Shown in pieces: positions 16,901 to 25,738 of a stretch of 39,296 nt of DNA. Source of the stretch: a virus. Lineage: Duplodnaviria; Caudoviricetes. The translations under genes were made by a program, and so were the position numbers. The notes under the pieces were generated by a model. That model ran no database searches and was not told the DNA's origin. It saw nothing but the letters and a program-made list of their open reading frames with translations. The stretch spans positions 1 to 39,296 of IMG/VR virus record IMGVR_UViG_3300024187_000015; one strand, written 5' to 3'. How positions within the stretch are numbered: position 1 is the stretch's first letter; each line of letters begins with the position of its first letter.

Positions 16901-19900
16901 AGCGCTGGTCCGCGCTGACTCGGCGTACATCGACGACGACATGCTGGCGAAGGTCATGCGCGGCTATCGCACGGGCGAGGTGCCGGTCCCGTCAGGGGCC
17001 AAACTCAGCAGCTACACCCAGGATTTCCTGCACGCGCTGAGCGAGTCGTACGCGCCGTACTCAACGCAGGACGTCCATCAGGGCCGGCTGTTCGGCGCCA
17101 GGCCAGACGTGCAGGGCGGTAAGCCGCTGCCGGACGTGTCGCAGAATGACCAGGCGTACCGCACCATGCACGCGCTGACAAATTGGGTGGCGCGCGAGAT
17201 GAACCTGCCGCCTGACCAGGCGCAGGCCGCGGGGTGGACGACGTTCCGCACGCTGTGGACCGATCCGATTATCGGGCCCGAGCTCCGCAACGATCGCATC
17301 GGGCTCTCGGACGCGATCAAGCAGGGGCAGCAAGCGGGCTTGCTCAACCCGCAGACGCTGGCGACGGGTGGTCTTGACGAAGTCAGAGGTCCACGGATGG
17401 GTCCGCCTACTTCGTGGTCGAACAAGATCAACGACGTACGCGACCGCATCCGTCAGAACGGCAGCTACAACGCTCCGCCACCGGCGAGCGCGACGGCGCT
17501 GGGCGACATCGCGCTCTACCACCCGTCGATCCAGTCCGCGCTGCAGAAGCGCACCATCCTGGACCCGAGCGGTTTCGAGTACGGCACGGTCAGCGGGCCG
17601 AAGACGGGCATCCGCCGTCCAGTCGGGGCCGAGCCGGCGACTGCGCTGCGCGACCTGGCACTCGCCGATCAGCCGGTCATTCGCGTACCAGGAGAGCTCC
17701 AGGTCGACCCGTCGACGGGCAAGATCCCGTGGCTCGCGCTCGAGCATGACGTTCAGCAGACGGCCGGGCACGCCTACGTCACGGTGGCCGGCGTGGGCGA
17801 CGACGCCGCGCACCTGATCGGCCAGCGGCTCGGTGCTGACCGCTTCAACCACGCCGACCCGACCGCGAAAAGCGCGGGCGGCATCGCGGTTGACCTAGGA
17901 TCTCGCGCGGACCAGGCGCGCCTCTCGGATGCGCTGCGCGCGCAAGGGCTACCGGTCCTCAGGGAGACGGCCGGCATGGGCGTGCGCGTGCCATTGATGG
18001 AGGGCAAGGCGGTCGCGCTCGTTCGTCAAGTGCAACAAATCCTGAACGCAGAAGGGATATCGGGTACACTTACAGACTACAGAGGAGCGACACATGCCGT
18101 TGAGTCCGGAGGACCAGGAGCGCGCGGAGCTGGACGCGCTGGGAGTCAAGCCGGCGCCGCCGGACCACTGGGTCTACAAGCAGGGGACGGCGTTCGTCGG
18201 CAGCAACTCGCGCAAGCCGTCTTCCGCGACGCCGCTCCGGCCGCGGAAGCAGGAGCCGCCGCTGCCACCGGGGGAGGGCTTCGTGGCGCCCGACAACGCG
18301 CAGAATCCACCCTCGGCCTCCACCTCAACGTAGGCGGCGCCGTCGCGGGCGGCGTGGCCGGCAACGTCGCGACACCCGAGAACGCCACGCCCGAAGAGCG
18401 CCTGCGCAACATCGCGCTGGGCGCCGGTGCCGGCCTGGCCGCTGGCCGACTCGTCCCGCGCGCGCTCGAGGGGGGCTTCCGCGCACCGCGCATGGCCGAC
18501 GTTGCCGAGTTGGCGCGCAGCGAACGCGGCGAGGTGCCGATCGTGCCGGGCGAGCAGTTGCCACCGGAGCGGCCTGGTCCCGTCGGTCGGGAGCCAGCCG
18601 GCGCGCCACCCCAGAGCCTGAGCGAGGTGCACAGCAACCCGCACCTGCTGCGGGAAGCCGCTGCTGGCGAGACGCCGATGACCGACGAGCAGCTCGCGGC
18701 GCACTACGACCAGTTGGACCAGCGCTACCAGCAGAATCAGGACCGACTCGCGTCGATCGACGAGCAGTTACGCAATCCGAATGCCAAACCGGAGCGGCCG
18801 CCGTGGGCGGCTGGCTGGACCAACGACGAGCTGGCGCAGGTCGCCAGCAGTCACGGCGCGAGTCCGTACGAGCCGCTGTGGTGGGAGAAGGTCGGGCTGA
18901 ACACGGGCTCCGACGAGGTCAAGCGACTGGCGGAGGGTGGATTCCGCACGCCGAACGCGGGCCGCGAGCCGACGCCGACGGAGCTCAGGGCGGAGCGCAA
19001 CACGCTTGCCGCCGAGCAGCGCGACATCCAGGCCGCCGCAGATCAACTCGGCAACGCGGCGCCAGGCCAGCGGTTCACGACTCGGACGCAGACGCCGGCT
19101 GACCTGCCGTTCGCGGGTGGGGAGGAAGAGGCGCCGCACGGACCGTACGCGACCGAGCAGGCGTCGTCAGGGCCCGGCTCGCTGGCGGAAGACATCGTCA
19201 CCCAGAACGGCAGGAAGTCGTACGCCGACCCGCTCACCGGTGACGGTCTGCGCGAGGCACCAGGTGAGGTCGTCGGCACCAGGGGCGGCGTCACCGGTCG
19301 CGGCATCAGCGACGTGGAGGCCGCCCGCGTCGGCGAGCCGAGCAGCGAAACCGTCGCGCGTATGCCGAACCTCGACGCGATGCTCAAGGGCGACATGCCC
19401 GAGGTCCGCGCCCAGATCCAGCGCGCCGCGGAAGACAACCCCGAGCTCTTCGACGCCTATCGTCAGGGGCGGATCAGCCACGACTCGCTGGTCACCGACC
19501 TGGCGACGAAGGTCGGCATGACGCGCGAGCAGTGGCTCAAAACACCGGTCGGCAAGGGCTTCAGCACCGAAGAGATGGTCGCGTTGCAGGCCGCGGCGAT
19601 CGACGCGCAAGCGCGCTCGGAGCAGATGGCCAAGGACATCGCCGCGCGTGGCGGTGTCGATGCGCTGTCGCCCGAGCAAGTCGCGTACGGGCTCAACGAG
19701 CTGGTCAATAACACCCGGCTGCTGGCGGTTGCCAGGGGTGGACGGACGACCGCGGGTCGCACGCTGAATGCGCTGAAAAATCGGCTGGACGCGACGCTGG
19801 CGCGCGGCATTACCGCCAGCAACGATCGCATCGCCGCGACCAGGTTGGCGTCGCAGGCGCGGGCCGCCGTCAAGCGGGCCACGCAGCAGCTCGAGCAGGC

Positions 19901-22442
19901 CAAGGAGCTCGATGCCGAGAAGCAGGCGGTCGTCAAGCGCTTGCGGCGCGGTGATGTCACCCCAGTGCCATCGACTGAAGAGGAGCAGATTGCTGCACGC
20001 GAACGTGGCTACGAGAACATTCCACCGGAGCGTCGTGGTCCTGTCGGACCGGGTGAGCAGGTCGGCATGCCCGGCACGCCGCCGCCCAGGGTCAAGGTTT
20101 CCAACAGCATCATCGACCAGATCGCCGAGGCGTACGACCAGCTCGATCGCTACCAGGCCATGTCGCTGCACGAGAAAGCGGACGACTACAACGCGCTGAA
20201 AGCCCAGCGCGATGCTGCCGCCGCGAGGCGGAAAGCGGCTGTCCGCGAGCCGCCGCAAGAGCTCCTTTCGGCGCTGCAGGCCGAGCTGAAAGCCGAACGC
20301 GACAACTTCGCCAAGCGCAAAGACACCTGGGAGACGATGGCGTTCTGGGACTCGAAGGCCAACGAGAATGCCGTGGCGAAACGTAACGCCTTCCGCGGCG
20401 GGTTGTACATCGAGCAGTACCGCAAGGCCGCGGACCTGGCCGCGAAGTCCGCGGAAGCTGACGCGAAGCGGGCGTGGAATCTCGAGTCGAAGCGGCAGAG
20501 CCTCCAGACCCAGAAGGCGACCACCCTGCTCGAGGCGGTCGGCGGCGCCAGACCGTCGCGCGAGCTCCTGGCTGCCTATGTCGAGGCGGTCAACTCGAAC
20601 GACCCGCTGGCCGCCGGCAAGTTCGTCAAGGGGCTGATGACACCCGGCTGGTGGGCCAGGGCGCAGACGCTGCGTATCGCTGGACTGCTGTCGTCGACGA
20701 TCACCCACATGGCCAACATGGTCGGCAACGTGACCCAGGTGCCGCTCGAGGTGGCCACGCACGCCGCGGTCGTGCCGATCGACTGGGCCCGCGCCAGGGC
20801 GACCGGCGGGCGGCGGGTTGCCTACATGGCCGAGCTCGGACCGATGCTCGAGGCGTACGGACCGGGCTTCCTGGCGTCGATGCCGGACGCGGTGAAGATC
20901 CTGCAGACGGGGATCACGCCCGCGGATGCGGTCAAACTCGAGAACATCCGCCCAGGCTTCGCTTCCGGCTCGGGCAAGGTCGACGCCGCGTTGGAAGGTC
21001 CGCTGCGGGCGCTGCAAGCCGAGGACCAGTTGTTCAGGGGTGGCGCGTTCGCGATGCAGGCCGCGCGGGTCGCGACCAGGTACGCCTACCGCGAGGGATT
21101 CCGCGGCGAGCAGCTCGCCGGGCGCAGGGCGAACATCATCAAGAATCTCGAGGACTACCCCGACCTGTACAAGGAAGCCCACGACGCCATGCTGCGGATG
21201 GTCTTCCAGGAGCACCGTGACTGGATTCCGGCGCCGCGGGGCGCCGCGCGCGGGGTCGTCTCCCAACCCCTGCCGTTCATCAAGACGCCGGCCAACATCA
21301 CCGCCCAGGGCATGGGCCTGTCGCCGTTCGGCGTGGCCGGCTCGATCGAAGCGGTCCGCGCGCGCGGCGCGCTCGAGGCGACCGGCAAGGCGACCACGGC
21401 GCAGCTCGACCGGGCCACGCTGCTGGCCGAGCAGCGGATCGCCAGGACGGCCATCGGCACGGCGATCGTGGGTCTCGGTATCGGGCTGGGCGCCGGCACG
21501 TTCACCGGTGGCAAGAGCATGCTGACGGGCGCGTACGACCCGAATGAGGCCAGCACCTACCCGCAGGGTTGGCGCGAGTGGTCGATGGTGGCTGAAGATC
21601 CGGTCAGCGGCAACACGTACTACATCCCGATGCAGAACTTCGGCGCCGCGGGCGCGCCGCTGGCGATGGCGGCGATCCTGACCGACGCTGCCAAGCGCGG
21701 GCACAGTCTGCTGGACAAGGACGAGGTGGCTCGGGCGGCGACCAGCATCGGGCAGTACGTCCTCGACAACACCTTCCTGCAGGGCCTGTCGGACACGGTC
21801 AACGTGCTGCACGACCCGTCCCGGTATGCAAACAAGTTCCTCGAGAGCCTGGTCAGCAGCTACGGTCCGTACTCGGCGATGGGGCGTCAGATTCAGCGCG
21901 CGTACGGCGTGGCGAGCCGTAACCCGCACGACGGTCTGATGGGACTGGTCGAGGCGATGGAGGCCAACTATCCAGGTGTGAGCGGGAATGTGCCCGAGTC
22001 GCTCACGGCGATCGGCGAGCCGCGGACGCAGGGCATCTCGGGCGCCGCGGCGTTTGCGCTGCCGCTGCGGGCGGACATCCTGCGCGACGAGCCGACGCTG
22101 CAGGCGCTGCGCGCCAACGACGTCCGGATTCCGCCGCCGGCCAAGTCGGTCAATGTCGGCAATGGCTGGGCCATTGACCTGACCCCCGAAGAGCAGGACC
22201 AGGTCCAGCGCGCTCGAGGCGAGCAGATCCGCCAGCAGGTCGCGGCGGTGATGGATTCGACGCTGTATAAGAACGGTGACATCAGTGTGAAAAACCAGCT
22301 GCTCTCGAAGGCGATCAGCAACGCATCGCAGAATAGCGACGTGCTGTTCGTTCGCTCGCTGGGCGACGCCGACATCAAGCAACGCGCGGTGCGCAAGACC
22401 GTCCCGACGCCGTACACCGTCGCAGGGGAGCCCGCAGCCTGA
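13926..22442 (+). CDS. Giant (2838 aa) polyvalent internal virion/ejection protein: SLT transglycosylase, C39-like peptidase, glycosylase-like domain, coiled coils, LPD38-like C-terminus
   Basis: SLT QQESGF...GALGVAQFMPTTA...AAYNAG (about 14420-14775); ACGPAA...GHYF (about 14815-15270); PFIKTPANI motif near 21270. Confidence 0.85.
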   Translation: MPGTILLDDLRDSIQDQLHQHVQSLLGQAQQVGQQVVQPVQAAAGLAQAPPQIQVPSPDQVQSTLLQHVNGLTQGAQQNALQVLGQGQQAVGGALTELGAQRDQVQSALLDHVNTLTGGAQSGLQSLATAVQPTIQTLGGGQPSISGGAPVDTSAAAAPPDRSMSLQDYARAAAQRAGIDPQIFVAQIQQESGFDPTAKSPAGALGVAQFMPTTAQGVGVDPTDPYASLDAAARLDAQNLKKYNGDYSKVLAAYNAGGGAVDQYGGVPPFAETQNYVKTILSSAQQRSTRPASDLGYQDVSQFGDSQLTSAEAYAACGPAAAVRFAERFGRNPTLREATDLAKDVGWTSQGGMAGIASEQKLMTNLGIDTKIVGRDWSAYAKEAATGNPVTISTPGHYFYADGYNAESGAFHVGRSGLDLKGGAEWMTPAQMENLMGTAQGALFSNNPNVPAKGSVTASDEPINLGGRPQARAPLVMGGMQDASGNVVADQGPTPIQTAQDVLGGAAEAVTTRVGQVASDLGSAAQGVLGAAQDINRIQPGTEAVRAITPALGGAAQQVGQTAQDINRLQPGAAAVQAATPVLGGVASDIGAGARGVVTDLGGAVSNAYGLNRTPQERQAADEQYQRDVQAAAEAMNRRGNEPITVGDVASNAWNQIIGANPPMGISLQQYQDAQNVKNQWLEQNNPARDVLVLGGLTTSIAQQLTDPLMIATFGPSMGLGRAAGAATAERVGGVLTGRLAPRAVEFASTVADKLASGAIIGGVQNALLEAEKPDATPESVFTALWQGAGFGAAADVGSAAAAPVVRRIGQTLIDRAAELRPRVAEFLGSEAGGVRLPAQQDVLHGQAVPRPGYEPGTPEHTTETFLQDQARQQGTPRPTISGADVASLPGMAGSRSRGLQEVRDATEAGLPAARWYQQIVQQVRQDTGQDINPREAAVLMGATGGNAGVQPNYHAMLSVFDAMRQAKPDLVGLENLDLPQVKATTAFKDVQALVRADSAYIDDDMLAKVMRGYRTGEVPVPSGAKLSSYTQDFLHALSESYAPYSTQDVHQGRLFGARPDVQGGKPLPDVSQNDQAYRTMHALTNWVAREMNLPPDQAQAAGWTTFRTLWTDPIIGPELRNDRIGLSDAIKQGQQAGLLNPQTLATGGLDEVRGPRMGPPTSWSNKINDVRDRIRQNGSYNAPPPASATALGDIALYHPSIQSALQKRTILDPSGFEYGTVSGPKTGIRRPVGAEPATALRDLALADQPVIRVPGELQVDPSTGKIPWLALEHDVQQTAGHAYVTVAGVGDDAAHLIGQRLGADRFNHADPTAKSAGGIAVDLGSRADQARLSDALRAQGLPVLRETAGMGVRVPLMEGKAVALVRQVQQILNAEGISGTLTDYRGATHAVESGGPGARGAGRAGSQAGAAGPLGLQAGDGVRRQQLAQAVFRDAAPAAEAGAAAATGGGLRGARQRAESTLGLHLNVGGAVAGGVAGNVATPENATPEERLRNIALGAGAGLAAGRLVPRALEGGFRAPRMADVAELARSERGEVPIVPGEQLPPERPGPVGREPAGAPPQSLSEVHSNPHLLREAAAGETPMTDEQLAAHYDQLDQRYQQNQDRLASIDEQLRNPNAKPERPPWAAGWTNDELAQVASSHGASPYEPLWWEKVGLNTGSDEVKRLAEGGFRTPNAGREPTPTELRAERNTLAAEQRDIQAAADQLGNAAPGQRFTTRTQTPADLPFAGGEEEAPHGPYATEQASSGPGSLAEDIVTQNGRKSYADPLTGDGLREAPGEVVGTRGGVTGRGISDVEAARVGEPSSETVARMPNLDAMLKGDMPEVRAQIQRAAEDNPELFDAYRQGRISHDSLVTDLATKVGMTREQWLKTPVGKGFSTEEMVALQAAAIDAQARSEQMAKDIAARGGVDALSPEQVAYGLNELVNNTRLLAVARGGRTTAGRTLNALKNRLDATLARGITASNDRIAATRLASQARAAVKRATQQLEQAKELDAEKQAVVKRLRRGDVTPVPSTEEEQIAARERGYENIPPERRGPVGPGEQVGMPGTPPPRVKVSNSIIDQIAEAYDQLDRYQAMSLHEKADDYNALKAQRDAAAARRKAAVREPPQELLSALQAELKAERDNFAKRKDTWETMAFWDSKANENAVAKRNAFRGGLYIEQYRKAADLAAKSAEADAKRAWNLESKRQSLQTQKATTLLEAVGGARPSRELLAAYVEAVNSNDPLAAGKFVKGLMTPGWWARAQTLRIAGLLSSTITHMANMVGNVTQVPLEVATHAAVVPIDWARARATGGRRVAYMAELGPMLEAYGPGFLASMPDAVKILQTGITPADAVKLENIRPGFASGSGKVDAALEGPLRALQAEDQLFRGGAFAMQAARVATRYAYREGFRGEQLAGRRANIIKNLEDYPDLYKEAHDAMLRMVFQEHRDWIPAPRGAARGVVSQPLPFIKTPANITAQGMGLSPFGVAGSIEAVRARGALEATGKATTAQLDRATLLAEQRIARTAIGTAIVGLGIGLGAGTFTGGKSMLTGAYDPNEASTYPQGWREWSMVAEDPVSGNTYYIPMQNFGAAGAPLAMAAILTDAAKRGHSLLDKDEVARAATSIGQYVLDNTFLQGLSDTVNVLHDPSRYANKFLESLVSSYGPYSAMGRQIQRAYGVASRNPHDGLMGLVEAMEANYPGVSGNVPESLTAIGEPRTQGISGAAAFALPLRADILRDEPTLQALRANDVRIPPPAKSVNVGNGWAIDLTPEEQDQVQRARGEQIRQQVAAVMDSTLYKNGDISVKNQLLSKAISNASQNSDVLFVRSLGDADIKQRAVRKTVPTPYTVAGEPAA
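18065..18087 (+). promoter_or_regulatory. Internal -10 (TACACT) and RBS (AGAGGAG) for the nested gene
   Basis: TACACT at 18065-18070 in a local A-rich patch; AGAGGAG at 18081-18087, 6 nt before ATG 18094. Confidence 0.6.
18094..18333 (+). CDS. 79-aa nested gene in the +1 frame of the giant gene
   Basis: Strong RBS. GC3 bias switches to this frame while the giant frame becomes G/A/R-rich low complexity. Confidence 0.72.
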   Translation: MPLSPEDQERAELDALGVKPAPPDHWVYKQGTAFVGSNSRKPSSATPLRPRKQEPPLPPGEGFVAPDNAQNPPSASTST

Positions 22443-24373
22443 TGCCGTACAACTCCAAACAGCAGGCCGTCGACGCGCTGCGGCCCGGCTACAAGGTTGT
22501 CGGCGAGGCGCCGTACGTCGTCAAGGTCGCCAATCCCAAAGCAGGCCTGGCCGGCGAGCCGTCGCAGATCGATCAGCAGGCCGGCATCATCCTGTCGATC
22601 CAGGGGCCCGGCGGCGAGCCCGACTCGCTGATCGTCAAAGAGGTCGGCAACAACCCCAACACCAAGGGCGGCGTCGGCTTCGACGTCATCCAGGGCCCGC
22701 AGGGGAAACCGGCGACGACGAGCACGCCGGCCGCGGGGCTCGAGCGTCTGGACGCGAAGGGTAACCCGATACCCGCGGGCTCCAACACGCCGGCGGTCTA
22801 TCTGCGCGATCCGAAGGCGCCACCGGGTACGCAGCCATTCAAGGTCGAAGGCGACCTGACAACCGACCCGTCGCAGTGGACGCCGATCGCCGATCCGAAC
22901 GATCCGAGCGGCAAGCGGATCATCGGTCTGTGGGACCCGGTCAACAACAAGATTGGCGCCAGCGTCCAGTCCGCGGCGGGCAACAAAGCGTCCGACCCGT
23001 CGAAGTGGAACCCTGTCTATCGCTCACCTGGTGATGCCAGTAGCGGGGTGGTCGGGCAATGGGACCCGGTCAACAACGAGCTCCACGCGGTCTCGACGAC
23101 CGCCGACGGGCGCCAGATCGTCACCACCCCGACGGCGATTTATTCGTTCAACAAGGACGAGCCGGACCCCAAGAAGCAACTGGTCAAGCTGACCGACGTC
23201 ACCAAGGATTCGCCGTTCCAGATCGTCACGTATCCAGACGGGTCGATGTACCGCTTCGATCCAAACGAGACGGACGCCAGCAAAGCGCTCGTGGCGGTCG
23301 GGCCGAATGGACCGCCCAAGACGCTCACGTCGAACGGGATCACCTACCTGTACGACGCCGACAGCGGCACGTACAAGCTGCCGCCCGGGGTGTCCAAAGC
23401 GGCGACGGCCAACAACAGTACGACCCTCAAGAACCTCGAGTGGTACGACGACCAGGGCAACCTGATCGCGTCGCACCCCAACACCAACTACCAGCCGCCG
23501 GCGGTGCAGGTACCGGCGCCGAACGCCAACGCCAGGCTGATCGCGATCCCGGATCCGGACAACCCGAGCAAGCTCAAGTGGGTTCCGAACGAGGGCCGCA
23601 TCACCGCGTCGGATGCGCTCAAGCAGCTGGCCACGTCGCTGACCGGCACGGTAGTCGCGGGCGACATCTCGCAGGATGAAGCGATCCAGTTGATCAACGC
23701 CGCCAACGCGCGGATGACCAACGACATCAACACGCAGCAGAACGTGACGACCGCGGCGGGCGATGTCCTGGCCAACACGCGCGCGAACGCGCAGACGGCC
23801 GGCAACCTGCTGCAGCAGCGAGCGCAAGCCGCGACGGGAACGCTGCAGAGCATCCTCGGCCAGACGCTGCAAAACAAGAACATCACGTCGTATCCGAGCG
23901 ACGTCGGAGCCAACCTGGTGCAGGGCCTGTCGGGCTGGACGGCTGACCTGATGGGCGGTCAGGCAACGCTCGACTCGGCCGCGCGCATGGTCCAGATGGC
24001 CGACCCCAAGAGTGATAACGCCGACCCGACGACACAGGCGGCGATCGGCACGCTCAGGCAAATGCTGGACAAGTACCAGCAGCTCACCAACACCCAGCAT
24101 CCCATTGTCGCCGCGACGCAGGCCGCCAGTGCGAGCCAGCAGCAGGCCGCCACCGTCGCTCCGCAAACGGCGGTGGCTCGGCCAGTGGTGCCTGCCGTGC
24201 CGGCGATCCCGCCGGCTCAGGCCGCGGGAATGGTTGCGCCGCTCGCCGCGGTGCCGGGTGCTAATTACGGTGCCGCGACGGCGTATACAGGAGGGATCTA
24301 TCCGTGGAACGCAGCGCCAGGTGCTTCTTTCATCGCGCCGAACGCGCCCGTGGCGCTGGCGAGTAGTACCTGA
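22442..24373 (+). CDS. Putative internal virion (ejection) protein, 643 aa
   Basis: TGATG-coupled; internal repeat DPS.W.P...G.WDPVNN x2; Gln/Ala-rich helical C-terminal half. Confidence 0.65.
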   Translation: MPYNSKQQAVDALRPGYKVVGEAPYVVKVANPKAGLAGEPSQIDQQAGIILSIQGPGGEPDSLIVKEVGNNPNTKGGVGFDVIQGPQGKPATTSTPAAGLERLDAKGNPIPAGSNTPAVYLRDPKAPPGTQPFKVEGDLTTDPSQWTPIADPNDPSGKRIIGLWDPVNNKIGASVQSAAGNKASDPSKWNPVYRSPGDASSGVVGQWDPVNNELHAVSTTADGRQIVTTPTAIYSFNKDEPDPKKQLVKLTDVTKDSPFQIVTYPDGSMYRFDPNETDASKALVAVGPNGPPKTLTSNGITYLYDADSGTYKLPPGVSKAATANNSTTLKNLEWYDDQGNLIASHPNTNYQPPAVQVPAPNANARLIAIPDPDNPSKLKWVPNEGRITASDALKQLATSLTGTVVAGDISQDEAIQLINAANARMTNDINTQQNVTTAAGDVLANTRANAQTAGNLLQQRAQAATGTLQSILGQTLQNKNITSYPSDVGANLVQGLSGWTADLMGGQATLDSAARMVQMADPKSDNADPTTQAAIGTLRQMLDKYQQLTNTQHPIVAATQAASASQQQAATVAPQTAVARPVVPAVPAIPPAQAAGMVAPLAAVPGANYGAATAYTGGIYPWNAAPGASFIAPNAPVALASST

Positions 24374-25596
24374 TGGGACGTTACGTCGGAAACAAGTGGC
24401 ACGAGGAGCTTCCCTCGAGCGGACCGGCCGACCAGCAGCAGGGCAATAACGTGCCCGTCTCCAGCGGGGGTGGGGGTGGCGGTGGTGGCGCGCCGGCCGG
24501 CGCGACCGGTGGTGCCCCCAGCGGAGCGGTCGCGCCGGGTTCGTACAACACCGTCAACGGGCCGCGGACGCTCCAGCAGATGCAGCAGGAGCTCCAGAAC
24601 GTCGGGTACAGCGGACCGACCGACAGCACCAGCATCCTGGTGACGTACGGCAACACCACCGGTCAGGCTGTCCAGCCGATCATGAGCGGCGCGCCCGGAA
24701 CGGCCACCGCGCCCGTCGCAGCGACGACTGGCACCAATGCGGATACCCAGAAGCTGATCGCCGGCATTCAGCAGCTTCTGGGCGCGCAGGCCAGCGGCAA
24801 CAAAGATGCGATTGCCGAGGCGATCCGCGAGTTCAACGCCAACTTCGGGCTGGACACCCAGAAGTTCCAGGACGACGTTCGCCGCTTCAACGAGAACCTA
24901 CAGATCAGTCAGGCCGGTCTGACGGGCATGTATCAGGGCACGCCCACGCAGGCGGGTCTGCTGCAGGCGCAGAACATCGCGGCTCAGAACGCGGGCCTGA
25001 CGGGCTACTACGTCACGCCGAATGGCCTGGTGCAGGGCACAGGCCCCGGACAGGAGACGCTGGCCGCGCAAGCGCAGTACGCCGGGCTGTACGGCAATGC
25101 GGGCCAGGCGCCCGTACCTGGCCAGACCACGCTGGCGGCGCAGCAGCAGGCCTACGCGCAGCAGATGGGCGCAATCAACGCCGCGGCCGCGCTCCAGGCC
25201 AATCCCTTCCGCCAGGCGCAGGTCATCGGCCAGGCGGGGCGCGTGCTGCAGGGCCTGCCGACCGCCGGCTTCAGCGCCCCGAATACAGTGGCCGGCGTGG
25301 GCACTGCCGGCGGCAATACCCAGGGCGGGATGGGCTACCTGCAGCAGTTGATCGACGACATCAAGTCGCCGCAGGCGAACCAGACGACCGCGCAGTCGTG
25401 GCTGGACGCGACGCCGACGCCGAACAAGATCGACTCGGCGAGTTTTCTCAGGTCGACGCCTACCACGCAAAACTTGATCCTGCAGTCGATGCAGGAAAAG
25501 TACGGTCTCGATCCGCAAGACTCGCTGAAGCAGATCCAGAACACGTTGCCGCAGTTCAACGCGCCCAACACGGTGGGCGTGATTCGGAGGGGTTGA
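24373..25596 (+). CDS. Putative internal virion (ejection) protein, 407 aa
   Basis: TGATG-coupled; Gln/Ala/Gly-rich with AGLTG.Y...TLAAQ repeats. Confidence 0.65.
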   Translation: MGRYVGNKWHEELPSSGPADQQQGNNVPVSSGGGGGGGGAPAGATGGAPSGAVAPGSYNTVNGPRTLQQMQQELQNVGYSGPTDSTSILVTYGNTTGQAVQPIMSGAPGTATAPVAATTGTNADTQKLIAGIQQLLGAQASGNKDAIAEAIREFNANFGLDTQKFQDDVRRFNENLQISQAGLTGMYQGTPTQAGLLQAQNIAAQNAGLTGYYVTPNGLVQGTGPGQETLAAQAQYAGLYGNAGQAPVPGQTTLAAQQQAYAQQMGAINAAAALQANPFRQAQVIGQAGRVLQGLPTAGFSAPNTVAGVGTAGGNTQGGMGYLQQLIDDIKSPQANQTTAQSWLDATPTPNKIDSASFLRSTPTTQNLILQSMQEKYGLDPQDSLKQIQNTLPQFNAPNTVGVIRRG

Positions 25597-25603
25597 TCGA
25601 GAG

Positions 25604-25738
25604 ATGCCGCTCAAGAAATCGGCCAGTAAGGCGGCCTTCAAGGCCAACATCCGCGAGATGGTCAAGAGTGGCAGACCGGTCAAACAGGCCGTAGCGGCGG
25701 CGTACGCGACGCAGCGCAAGGCGGCGGCGAAGAAGTAA
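25604..25738 (+). CDS. 44-aa basic phage protein (MPLKK...KQAVA type)
   Basis: MPLKKSASKAAFKANIREMVKSGRPVKQAVAAAYATQRKAAAKK*; TAATG coupling. Confidence 0.8.
   Translation: MPLKKSASKAAFKANIREMVKSGRPVKQAVAAAYATQRKAAAKK

Noticed and set aside
19940-20110. Second nested gene in a lower-GC3 patch of the giant gene (contains GAGGAG)
   Set aside because: No well-placed start with shifted codon bias; looks like a short in-frame insertion.
19167-22382. 1071-aa antisense ORF, and others such as 14523-16508, 24898-26847 and 32423-34234
   Set aside because: Shadow ORFs of GC3-biased sense genes; no motifs, RBS or independent codon bias.
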